Source: Chiloscyllium plagiosum
Lineage: Eukaryota
DNA: 64,000 nt
Assembly (NCBI RefSeq): GCF_004010195.1
Contig: NC_057758.1
Coordinates: forward strand, 7,747,510-7,811,509
Reading direction: 5' to 3'
The notes beneath the pieces were generated by a model, which worked only from the letters and a program-made list of their open reading frames with translations, did not search any database and was not told the DNA's origin. The translations under genes and the position numbers were made by a program. Positions within the stretch are counted from its first letter, which is position 1; every line of letters begins with the position of its first letter. Positions 1 through 11,869 of the stretch are shown one piece after another.

Positions 1-878
1 CCCCCTTTCTCCTTAGTTTGCACAACCCTTTCTCGAGTTAGCCTCTTTCCCCTTTTATGCAAGAAAAAGGCTTTGAGATTGTCCTTATTCCTGTTTGCAC
101 AGGACATTTCATGGTGTCTTTTAAACTTCTTAATTCTTCGTTTCAGATTGGTCCGACTTTCCCGATACTCACCCAAAGCTTCATTTGCTCTCAGTCACCT
201 AGACTTTGGCTGTACATACTTTTTCCTCTCAGCTGATCTTACAATTTCACTTGTCATCCATAGTTCCTTAATCTTTCCATGTGTATCCGTCATTTTCGCA
301 AGCACCTGTGTGTCCTGCACTCTCATCAAACTCTCTTGAAAAGCCTCCCACATATCAACTGTGGATTTCCACTCTAAAAGCTTCTCCAAGTCCACTCCCC
401 CAGATCCTGCTGAATTTGGCTGGAGTTGGCCTTCCCCCAGTTTAGCACTTTTCCTTTTGGGCCACTCTCCTCTTTGACCACGAGGATACTAAAAGTTATG
501 GAAGTGTGATCACTATTCCCAAAATAATCCCCAGCTGAATCATGATCCACCTGGCCAGGCTTGCTCCTCAACATAATTTCCAGTCTGACCCCTTTCCAAG
601 TGGGACTATTTACATGCTGCTTTACAAAACTCTCTTGGATGCTTCTTACAAATTTTGTACCATCAAGAACTCTAACACAAGTCATTCCCAGTCAATATTG
701 GGATAATTAAAATCTTCCATTTCCACCACTATGTTGCTCCTATATCTTTCCTTAATCGGTTTATATATTTGTACCTCTGTCTCACGCTGGCGTTGGCAGG
801 CCTTTAGTACAGCCCCAGCATTTGATAACCACTGTCCATATTGCCTCACTGCCCGAGTCCTACATGTGTCCTCCTTCA
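1..878 (-). mobile_element. CR1 LINE fragment (ORF2 APE endonuclease region), decayed; host of a nested insertion
   Basis: Minus-strand ORFs give DFNYPNIDW, FVRSIQESFVKQHVNSPT and GNSDHTSITF, typical CR1 APE motifs, with frameshifts; sequence resumes at ~3961. Confidence 0.85.
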
Positions 879-3800
879 AAGAAAAGAACAAAGAAAATTT
901 ACAGACCTGGAACAGGTCATTTAGGCCCTCCAAGCCTGAGCCGATCCAAATGTACTGTCGAAACCTGTCTGTCAATTCCTGAGAATCTGTATCCCTCTGT
1001 TCCCCATCTACTCATGCATTTGTCCAGATGCATCTCAAATGAATCTACCGTGCCTGCCTCTACTGGCAATGCGTTCTAAATGCCCACCACCCTCTGTGTG
1101 AAGTACTTGCCGCGTGTATCCCCATTCAGCTTTCCACCTCTCACCTTGAAAGCGTGACCTCTCGTTCTTGAATCCTTCACCCTGGGAAAAAAAACTTGTC
1201 TCTATCCACCTTGTCTATAAACTTCATGATTTTGTAAACCTCAATCAGTTCGCCCCTCAATCTCCTTTTTTCTAACCTACTCAATCTTTCTTCATAGCTC
1301 GCATCTTCCATACCAGGCAACATCCCTGTAAATGTTCTCTGCACCCTCTCCAAAGCGTCCACATCCTTTTGGTAATGTGGCGACCAGAACTGTACACAGT
1401 ATTCTAAATGCGGCTGAACCAATGACTTGTACAAATTTAACCTTCCCTTGCCAGCTGTTATGCTCAATACCCCGTCCAATGAAGGCAAGCATACTATAGG
1501 CTTTCTTGACCACTCTATCCTCCTGTGCAGCAACCTTCAGGGTTGGACCTGCACTCCCACATCTCTCTGCCTATCAACTTTTCCCAAGGCTCGTCCATTC
1601 ATTGCATAATTCGCTCGAGAATTAGTCTTGCCTAAATGCATCACCTCACATTGTCTGGATTGAAAACCATCTGCCACTTTTCCGCCCAAGTCTCCAGTCT
1701 ATCTATATCCTCCTGTATTCTCTGACAGTCCGTTATGCTTTCTGCTACTCCAGCAATCTTTGTGTTATTTGCAAACTTGCTTATCATACCAACAGTGCCC
1801 TCTTTCAGATCATTTATGTATATTACAAACAGCAGTGGCCCCAACACTGACCTCTGTGGAACACCACTGGTCACCTTTCTCAATTTCAAGAAACTCCCTT
1901 CAACTACGAGTCTCTGTCTTCTGTTTCTCAACCAGTTATTTACCCACCTAGCTAAAACACTCTGCACACCATGTGATTTCACTTTCTCCATTAGTCTACC
2001 ATAGTGAACCTTATCAAACGCCTTACTAAAGTTCATGTATATGACATCCGCAGCCCTTCCTTCATCTATCAGCTTGATCACTTCCTCGAAGAACTCTCTA
2101 AAGTTGGTAAGGCATGATCTCCCCGCAAAAGAAACATGTCTCCTATCACTGATAAGCCCATTGTTTTCTATACATAAACGTATCCGATCCCTCAGTACCT
2201 TCTCCAGCAACTTTCCCACCACTGACATCAGGCTCACTGGTCCGTAGTTTGCAGGAATATCTCTTCTACCCTTCTTGTACAGGGAGACAACATGAGCAAC
2301 CCTCCAGTCGTCCGGCTCCTCACCTGTATTTAAGGATGCCAGAAAAATATCTGTCAGGGCCCCAGCCATTTCCTCTCTCGCCTCCCTCAGCAACCTGGGA
2401 TAGATCCCATCAGGTTCTGGGGATTTGTCCACCTTAATAACCTCTAGCCTACCCAACACGTCTTCCCTACTTATGACAACGTGATCCAAACTAATCAAAC
2501 TTCTATCTCTAATCTCAACATTCATCATGTTCCTCTCCTCAGTGAACACGGATGCAAAGTAATCATTCGGAATCTCACCTATTCTCTCAGGTTCGACACA
2601 CAGCCTTCCTTCGTTAGTCTTTAGTGGACCCAATCCTTTCTCTAGTTAGCTGGTTGCTTCTTATATAAGAATAAAATGCTTTGGGATTCTCCTTAATTCT
2701 GCTCGCTAAAGCTATTTCATGATCCCTTTCAGACCGCTTGATTCCTCATTTAAGATTTGTCCTACTCTTCCGATATTCTTCCAGGGTCCGTTCTGTTCTT
2801 AGCTGCCTAGACCTTTTCCTTTTCCTCTTGGCTAGTCGTACAATTTCTCCTGTCATCCACGGTTCACGAATCTTACCCTTCCTATCCTTTGCCTTCAACG
2901 GGACATGCCTATCCTGCACGACCTTTAACCTATCTTTGAAAGCCTCCCACATCTCAAATGCGGACTTCCCTTCAAATAGCTGTGTCCAATCCACATTTCC
3001 GAGCTCCTGCCTAATTTTGATATACTTGGCCTTGGCCCAGTTTAGTACTCTTCCCTTAGGACCACTCTCTTCTTTATCTACAAGTATTCTAAAACTTACA
3101 GAATTGTGTTCGCTGTTCCCAAAGAAATCCCCCATCGCAACTTCTACCACCTGTCCTGGCACGCTCCCCAGTACCAGGTCCAATATGATCCCTTCCCTCG
3201 TCGGACTATTGACATACTGCTGTACAAAACTCTCCTGGATGCTTCTTACAAATTCTACCCCATCCAATCTTCTGACGTTAAGTGTATCTCAGTCAATGTT
3301 GGGAAAATCAAAGTCTCCCATCACCACTACCCTATTGCCTCTACATCTTTCCATAACCTGTTTACCTATTTGTTCTTCTACCTCACACTCAGTGTTGGGA
3401 GGCCTGTAATACAGCCCTAACGGTATAACTGCACCATTCTTAATTCTCAGCTCCACCCATAATGCCTCACTACCCAAGACCTCCGTAGTGGGCTCATTTG
3501 GCATAGATGTGATATCGTACTTGAACAGCAATGCAACTCACCACTTTTACTTCTCTCCCTGTTCTGTCCAAAGCGTCTATATTCTGGAACATTTATTTGC
3601 CAGTCATCATGCCCTTCCTTCAACCAAGTCTCTGTGATTGCAGTAACGTCATACTCCCAGGCACCTATCCAAACCCTAAGTTCATCTGCCTTACACACAA
3701 TACTCCTTGCATGAAATTGAATGAATTTTAGGCCACCAGCTTTTTTGCACTCATCTGCTCTTTGCCTATTTTTCGCTTTATTCATGCTATCTTCATAATT

Positions 3801-3962
3801 CTTACAGTCTCCAATCTCCACCTCGCTGCCTAATGTTTTCTCTTCTGGTTCCAAGTCCCTTGCTACATTAGTTTAAAACCTCCAGAAAAGCAGTAGCAAA
3901 AACTCCCCAAGGACATTGGTTCTGGTCTGGTTCAGATGTAGACCATCCATTTTGTAATAGTC
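879..3962 (-). mobile_element. 5'-truncated CR1 LINE with ORF1 tail, near-complete ORF2 (APE + RT) and 3' UTR; inactive
   Basis: APE motifs (AITETWL, VMGDFDFPNID, GNSEHNSV) and a 330-aa RT piece at 1641-2633 (FSKAFDKV, SGVPQRSVLGPLLFVIYINDL, KFANNTK with the catalytic DD lost); C-terminal LEYCVQFWSPHY; T-rich 3' tail at ~880-900. Confidence 0.93.
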
Positions 3963-4540
3963 TCTGTGATATCCTCTCTGTCCAGAGGTGCAGCTCCTCC
4001 ACTCCATTTACGTCCATGTGTATGCCACCGGATGCCTCTATATCATGGTATATTTATTGCCAATCTTGCACGATCCATCAACCAAGTCTCATTAATATCA
4101 GTAGCATCATACTCTAAGGTATTAATTAAAGCTCTAAATTCATCTGCCTTAACTTTTACACTTCTCTAATTAATACAAATGCATCTCAGACCACCTGTCC
4201 CTTTGTGTTAATCATGTGCTCCCTCCCACTCCCTCACTTAGTCACGCGAACTTCAATATCTCATTCCTTACATGCTTTAGTTACTACTTCTTCACTATCT
4301 GCTAACTTCCTCATGTGGTTTCCACCCCTGGTGTCGCATTCATTTAAAGCCTACGCAACAGCGTTAGCAAGGGGACACTCAAGCACATTAGCTCCAGTCC
4401 AGCCCAGGTGTAGACCGCCCATTTTGTAATAGTCCCAGCTTCCCCACAACCGGTGCCAAATTTCCAAAAATCTAAACCATCACTCTTGCACCATCTCTCA
4501 ACCCTTCGTTCATCTTGTCTGTCTTTTCATTTCTACTGTG
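3963..4540 (-). mobile_element. 5' continuation of the host CR1 (APE N-terminus and ORF1 end)
   Basis: ctccttca (~871-878) joined to ctgtgatatcctctctg (~3964) reproduces the uninterrupted CR1 sequence seen at 7871-7900; ORF1 motif YKMGGLHL on the minus strand near 4400-4430. Confidence 0.75.
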
Positions 4541-4679
4541 GCCAGCTATATCAATGCACTGACCCACCCACAGCCCACTGGCTGCCGATGAAAGTCCTTT
4601 TAGAGGGAAATTTATCTTCCCAGCAGACCCCTGCTCCTCGCTGTCTACTCCCTCTGCTACTGGAAATGGAGGCTTGGAA

Positions 4680-5230
4680 TTGTGCAATGTATCACTCACT
4701 TCCTGAAACTGCCCAAAGCCCTCTTCACAATCGACACAAGTCAGGATGATAAGGGAATAACCCCAACTACACTGTTAGATGAAAATTCAACAACACTCTG
4801 GGAATCCATCATTATAGAAGACAAACAGTCAACGTCTTTGGCACCACATTCACAAATGTCCACTTAACCAACTATTAACGCTAAAGAGTAATAATATGTG
4901 CTGCCTGCAGCATGAACTACAGAAATTTTCGGAAGATACATAGGCAACACCTTCCAAACTTACAAGCATTTTCTTTTAGAAGGACATCTGCAAGTTGACT
5001 TCCATGCCACTCACCATCGTGACTTGACAATCTATTGGCCTTTCGTTCCGTTTGGCTGGATTAATGTCCGGATCACCTCCCTCAGCGAATTGTGTGTTTA
5101 CCTACAGCATGTGGACTGGCAACGTTTCAAGAAGGCAGCTCACCAACATCTTCTTAATGGGCAGCTACAGATGAGCAATACATTTTGCTCTCAACCATTG
5201 ATATCAACATTCCACCAGAGCGGACAAAAA
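4680..5230 (+). mobile_element. Old LINE 3' fragment (CR1/L2-group family distinct from the main CR1s)
   Basis: Decayed RT C-terminus and 3' motif ttcaagaaggcagctcaccaacatcttct; a related reverse-complement fragment lies at ~25335-25940. Confidence 0.5.
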
Positions 5231-5934
5231 AAAATCAATAGCGAGATGACTTGGAAAATAGTCTACAAAAGGAATTTTAAGTTGTATTCAATAATTTTGA
5301 AGGAGTGAATAGAAACGGGTATGAATCCAACAACATAATGAGGACTTGGATTCCTGGTAAATATAGTAGAGAATAAGAGTTCTTTCTTCACCAGTGGAAA
5401 CAGTGGCACAGAAGAAGGGTCTCTGTATTTCAAGCTTTAAGACTGATTTCTGATGCTGCCAGACCTGTTGTGTTTTCCCAGTACTTTATCTTTTTGTATC
5501 TGATGTCCCAAAATAAGCAATTCTTCCGGTTTGTTTGGGTCTGTCGGTTTGGCTGTGAGAAGGTCATCAGGAATGACAACAAAGATTGCTGGAGAAACAC
5601 AAATTTGCAGGTAGGAGATGACATACGTTTGGCAAAAGAATGAGGAGTAAGTCAGTTAGGATTCCAGTTTCTGAAGATGCCAAATGCGTTGGGGTGAATA
5701 GATGGAAAGGATGGCAAATGACGAATAAAGCCAAGAATTCCATTTTGCAGCAAAAGTCAAGAAATGATGCAACATCACACTTGTTTTTCAGGAGAGAGAT
5801 TTCGACTATTTAAGCACACATCATAAAAGGAAGAAGTACAGTTTGTGTGAGTCATTACAATGTCAAATTCCAAACTTCGATCCATGCATTATTCTTATTT
5901 GCATCTGGAATGTGATCATTTTTGATTGTGACAG

Positions 5935-8243
5935 CATGTTATTACCCTTCTTGACCACTCTATCGACTTGCTTTGCCACCTTCAGGGTACAATTGAACTT
6001 AAAAACGTGATCTCTCTGGATATCAGTTTTCCCCAAAGCCTGTCCATTTACTGTATGGTTCACTTTGAATTGGCTCTTCCACCCTGCATTGCCCGGATTG
6101 AACTCCAACTGCCATTTCTCTTCCCAACACTCCAAACTATCTATATCCTGCTGCATTCTCTGACAGTTAACTTCACTACCTGCTGCTCCAGCAATCTTTG
6201 TGTCATCTGCAAACTTGATGATCAGACCACTTCTACATTTATGTATATCACAAACAGCAATGGCCACTACATGGATTCCTGTGGACTACCACTGATCACA
6301 GTTCGCCATTTTGCGTAACTCCCTTCCACTACTAATTTTTGTGTCCTGCTGTCGAGCCAGTTCTTTATCGATATAGCTAGTACACCCAGAAGACATGCGA
6401 CTTCACTTTCTCTGACACCCTACCATGGGGAAACCGATCAAACAACTCACTGAAGTGCATATATATGCAATCTACATACCTTGCCTCATCAATCAACTTT
6501 GTCACTTCGTCAAAGAATTCTATTAAGTTGATATGCCGTGAACTACCTTGCACAAAAATATCTGCCGTTTACAGTTAAGCCCATTTTCTTGCAATCCTGA
6601 ATGCATCTTATGCCTCAGTACCTATTCCAGCATTTTCCCTATCACTGACTTTACCTTGAACAGTCTATAATGGTCTGGATTATCTCTGCTACCCTTCACA
6701 AACAGAGGGACGCCATTGTACTCCTCCGAAACTTCCGGACCTCATACATGTTTAAGGATGCTGGAAAGATATCTGTTAAGGCCCCAGATATTTCCTCTCT
6801 TGATTCTCTCTGTAACCTGGGATAGAACCCATCAGGATCTGAGGACAAAAAAAAACCTAATGCCTTTTGCAAAAGCCAACACTTCATTCCTACTAATGCC
6901 GATTGTTCGAGAGTAAACAAACATCTGTCTTTAATCTCCACATTCTTAATATCCCTCTCCTCAGCGAATACCGATGCAAAATATTCATTAAGATTCCGAA
7001 TCTTCGCATAACTGAGTGGGCGAAAACTTTGTTGTGTTACCCTCTTATTCCTTTAATACAAATATACAGCTTTGGGATTTTCCTTGACGCTGTTTGCTCA
7101 AGCTCGCCTTTAGAACTCTTAATTCCTCATGTAAGTTTTGTCCTGCTTTCCCGATATTATTCCAAAGCATCGCCTGTTTTCAGTCACGTAGACCTTACGT
7201 TTGATTCCTTTATCCTCTTAGCTCGTCTCACAATTTCACCTGCCATCCATGGCTCCTTCATTTGTTTTCCATTTCTAGTCCTCAATTTCACAGGCACATG
7301 TACGTCCTGCAGTCAACTCAATCTCTCTTTAAACATCAGATGTGGATTCACCCTGAAACAGCTGCTCCCAATCCACATTAGCCAGCTCATGCCGAAGTTT
7401 GCTGCAGTTGGCTTTCCCCCAAAGTATCAGGCTTTCAATAGGGCCACTCTCTTCTTTGTTCATGGCTCTTCTGACACCTCCAGAATTGTGATTATTATTC
7501 TCAAAATAATCCCCTACAGAAGGTTCAATCACCTGGACGGGCTCATTCCCCAACACCAATTCCAGTATGGCCCCATCCCGAGTTGGACTATTTGCATACT
7601 GCTATATAAAACTCTTTTCGATGCTCCTTACAATTTTGCTTCATCTCAATCTCTAACGCGAAGTGACTCTCAGTCAATGTTGGGAAAATTAAAATCTCTC
7701 AATACCACCACACTGTTGCTCCTCCATCTTTCCATAATTGGTTTGTATACGTGTACCTCAATCTCACAATACTGTTGGGACGCTTTCCATACAGCCCCAA
7801 ATTGCTACCTCACACTTCGTATTTTTAAGGTCTGCCCATATAGCCACACTGCTCCAGTCCTACATATGACCTCCTTCAGCATGGCTGTGATGTCCTCTCT
7901 GACTAGTAATGAAAGTCCTCTACTCATTTCAACTTCTTATCTCTCCTGAATAAATCATCAATATCCTGGGATATCTAGATGGCATTCTTGTAAATCGCTC
8001 AACCAAGTATTAGTAATAGCAATAACACCATACTCCCAGGTACTAATCCAATCTCGAAATTCATCTGCCTTTAACTTTAATGCACTTCTTGAATTAAAAC
8101 AAATGCCCACTCCAGCCCACCTGTCCCTTTGCGTTCGTCATATGCTTCCCTTCTCCCCAGCCTTCACCCACCCCACTGGTCAGTTTGACTTCATTATCTC
8201 GTTCCTTATATGTTTTCGTTATTACGTCCTTACTGTCCATTAA
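5935..8243 (-). mobile_element. Decayed CR1 LINE ORF2 (APE + RT)
   Basis: Minus ORFs IKFADDTKIAG...WQLEFNP, PDGFYPRLQRE and VLGNEPVQV; many stops. The 348-aa plus ORF 6903-7949 is its antisense shadow. Confidence 0.87.
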
Positions 8244-8547
8244 TTAGGGAACAGCTGCAAAATAACCAGCTGTTCCCTAAATACAGAGTGATATCGCTTG
8301 GAGATAGATCTTCAACTGAGGAATTCTGCTGTCTCCCTCGCGATCCCGTTCCTGATTCTGAAGCTTTCTGACATGGCTGTTTTACGTACCCACAATTCCT
8401 AGAGAGTCAGAAACCACTCTATGTGCATTCCCAAGATGTCTGTTTGATCATCGCAGGCTCAACGTGACCTTGGGGTCATTTCTGTTAGAGCAGCTGACAA
8501 GGTAATTAATCAATTACACAATAGCAGGCTATTGTCCAACAGGTTTA

Positions 8548-8685
8548 TTTAAAAGTGCAAGCTTCCAATACCTTCCTGATGAAGGGGCAGAACCCATAAA
8601 GCTACTGCAGGCAAATAAACCTATAATCTGGTGTTGTGAGATTTTTAACTTTGCCTGTACCAGCCCAGCACTGGCTCTGCAACAT
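8548..8685 (+). mobile_element. PLE terminal fragment (family 2) with a degenerate hammerhead core and a short inverted 5' piece
   Basis: cctgatgaaggggcag...aaagcta...aataaacc...ctggtgttgtgagatttttaactttg matches the ends at 34280-34460 and 40293-40575. Confidence 0.6.
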
Positions 8686-8689
8686 ATCA

Positions 8690-8990
8690 GGCGGCACGGT
8701 GGCACTGTGTTTAGCACTGCTGCCTCACAGCGCCAGAGACCCAATTTCAATTCCCGCCTCAGGCAATTTTCTGCGTGGAGTTTGCACATTCTTCCCGTGT
8801 GTGCGTGGGTTTTCTCCACGTGTTCCTGTTTCATCCCACAGGACACAAGTGTGCAGGTTATGTGAAATGGCCAGGCCAACGTGCCTGTACTGTTAGGTAT
8901 AGGGGAAAGTTTTTGGGGGTTTGCTCTTCGGAGGGTTGATGTGGACTTGTTGGGCCGAAGGGCATGTTTCCACACTGTAGGTAATCTAAT
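8690..8990 (+). mobile_element. HE1-like V-SINE (tRNA-derived)
   Basis: tRNA-like head ggcggcacggtggc...agcactgctgcctcacagcgccag, V-domain gtggagtttgcacattct..., CR1-like 3' tail; possible TSD tatcag (8685-8690 / 8997-9002). Confidence 0.85.
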
Positions 8991-9884
8991 TATGATTATC
9001 AGTCCAATGGGAGGGGCTTGGGTTCCAGTCTGCTCCTCCAGCCGATGGGTGTGACTGGGTTGGGGCCAATGGCGGTACATGTTTAGGTTTTGCAAGCGTC
9101 TGTCATAAACATGGAAAAGTGGTGGAATGACTGCGAAAAAACAGAGAGCCAGGGACAAAAACAGAGTATGCGATTCACTGGGAAGGGAGCAACATTGAAA
9201 GAATCAGATGATGCATATTGTACAAAAATTGGCAATTTGCACTGTACCTGTTGAGAGCAATGATGAACACCAAGGTCCATCAGCCAAGCAGTTTCAGTGT
9301 TTCCAGTGTAATGGGTAGTAGAGCACCCATCCTCCAATCCCGTGACTCCATACAGATATGCCATCGACTTTGCCACTTCTGCGCAGGTCTGAGGCAATTT
9401 TCAGGAACTGCCAGCTGGTAGTAACGTCAGTGAGCTGGGCTCGGATAGGGGAGGGAGTGCTCCTCCTCTTGATTGTGGTTGTTTCACATTGCGTTGTGAC
9501 AGCGTTTCTAAAATCTTTCACCCCCATCCGAAGAAAGTGACTAGTGGGTAACAGTCAGTGTGAGATAATGTCACTTTTCCTCATTCTTCCTATTTCTCCC
9601 AGTGCCAGACTGCAGGCTCCTGGGACAATGATGGGAGTGACGGCTGGCTGCTAATTTGTTTCATTACAGAGCAGTTCTTGGCATGGAAATGGACAAGAAA
9701 CTACTGGATGTAACTTTGACACCATGCAGATACATGAATTTCCAGTCTGATATTTTCAAGGGAGGGAGATGCTGTTGGGCACTAGAATTTTATCGGGGCA
9801 TTGTCTAACCAGCGTAACTTGCGCTGATTTTGTGATGCTTATTTCTATAAAGCATTTAAATCCATTTCACACTTTTTTTTTAAT

Positions 9885-10678
9885 AAATAAGACGATAAGA
9901 CGATAAGACATAGGAGTGGAAGTAAGGCCATTCGGCTCATCGAGTCCACTCCGCCATTCAATCATGGCTTATGGGCATTTCAACTCCACTTACCCGCATT
10001 CTCCCCGTTGCCCTCAATTCCTTGTGACATAAAGAATTGATCAATTTCTGCCTTGAAGACATTTAGTGTCGGTATCCACTGCACTCTGCGGCAATGGATT
10101 CCACAGGCTCACCACTCTCTGGCTGAAGCAATGTCTCCACATATCTGTTCTGAATTTACCCCCTCTTATTCTAAGGCTGTGTCAACGGGTCCTAGTCTCC
10201 TTGTCTAACAGGAACAATTCCCTCGCGTCCACCCTTTCCAAGCCATGTTTTATGTTGTAGGTTTCTATTAGATCGCCCCCTAATGTTCTAAACTCCAATG
10301 AATACAATCTCAGGATCCTCAGCCGTTCCTCATACGTTAGATCTACCATTCCAGGGATCATTCGTGTGAATCTCCGCTGAACACACTCCAGTGCCAGTAT
10401 GTCCTTCCCGAGGTGTGGGGACCAAAACTGGACTCAGTACTCCAAATAGGGCCTAACCAGAGCTTTACAAAGTCCCAGTGGCACAACAGTGCTTTTATAT
10501 TCCAACCCTCTTGAGATAAATGACAATATTGCATTCGCTTTCATAATCACGGACGCAACCTGCATGTTTACCTTTAGAGACTCCTCGACTAGCACTCCCA
10601 GATCCCTTTGTACTTTGGCTTTATGAATTTTCTCACCGTTTAGAAAGTAGTCCATGCTTGTATTCCTTTTTCCAAAGT
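9885..10678 (-). mobile_element. 5'-truncated CR1 3' end
   Basis: QRDLGVLV...ALVRPYLEY on the minus strand; 3' tandem tail (ataagacg)n at ~9888-9910. Confidence 0.88.
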
Positions 10679-11023
10679 GAAAAGTTCGAATAAAACTCGA
10701 ATCTTCGACATTGACAAGCTTGGGTAGAGCAAGACAGGCATGAACTGTCAATTCCCAGGTGTCTGTAAACCGGATGACAGAATGTCATATGACCTGTCAC
10801 TGCCGTACCTGTGCTGAAGGTTCACATGCGATGCTTTCATTCTGAGGGTTGTTAAACTGCAGTAATGAAGGCACTGTCATATATTTATAGATAGAAAAAT
10901 AAGTCGTGGCATTAAGATACCACCCTGACTACAATGAAATGCTCCCTCATACTGCACAGACATATTATATTACAATACTTGATTTAGGGACCAGGCCAGG
11001 CTTCCTCAAACATTTTAATAACG

Positions 11024-11392
11024 TAGAACATAGAACATAGAAAAGTACAGCACAGAACAGGCCATTTGGTCCACGATGTAGTTCCGAGAGTTAATCCTAA
11101 TGTAAAATGTAATAACTTAACCTACACACGCCTCAAGTCACTGCTATACGTGTGCATGTCCGGCAGTGCTTTAAATGTTCCCAATAACTCTGCTTCCACC
11201 AGCACAGCTGGCAACGCATTCCATGCATTCACAACTCTCTGCGTAAAGAAACCACCTCTGACATCTCCCTTAATCCTTCTTCCTAATATCTTCAAACTAT
11301 GACTTCTCACACTAGTCAAGCCTATCCTGGGGAAAAGTCTCTGGCTATTTACTTTATCTATTCCTCTCAGTATTTTGTACAACTCGATAAGA
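11024..11392 (-). mobile_element. CR1 3' end
   Basis: YKILRGIDKV...FFTQRVVNAWNALP; (agaacat)n tail. Confidence 0.88.
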
Positions 11393-11869
11393 TAGCCCAG
11401 ACCTTAGCTTTTTTTCTTATTTTAACGGCAGATGTGAGTGGAAATTCCTGGTGTGATGCAGCTGGTTTAAACCACTCGTCTTTAAGAAAAACCTCAAACA
11501 AAAAAAATACAGTTTGGAAGAATTTAATTACTGAACACTAAACCGACTGTAAATAAAAAGAATAACCAACAAAGCTGTTCCACCTCCCGCAACATCCCAT
11601 AAACCCGAACTCCAGCAAAAGATAAATGTAGACACAGGTTCTTATGGGCAGTAGAGATTTCAGATAGAATGCCACTCAGGAACCACCTACTTAAGCTCGG
11701 AACCTTTTTTCCACTGGAGCAACTTCCCATTGTTACAACGACAACAAACGAGGAAAAAAACCTGGACTGAGAGAACGGTAGGCAGATGTTTGCTGGTAAA
11801 GTTGTGGCTGGAAAATGAGAAGACTACATAAATGAGGTAACGAAGTCCAGATACTGTGCATTCGCGTTA

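Noticed and set aside
1641..2633. 330-aa RT ORF as an active retrotransposon
   Set aside because: The catalytic FADD reads FANN, and ORF2 is broken by stops and frameshifts.
6903..7949. 348-aa plus-strand ORF (and the 223-aa ORF at 2738-3409)
   Set aside because: Antisense shadows of CR1 ORF2; no independent protein features.
8690..8765. tRNA gene
   Set aside because: It is the tRNA-derived head of a V-SINE, with a degenerate B box, and continues into the SINE body.
8529..9158. 209-aa minus-strand ORF as a gene
   Set aside because: Runs through a SINE and a PLE fragment; chimeric.
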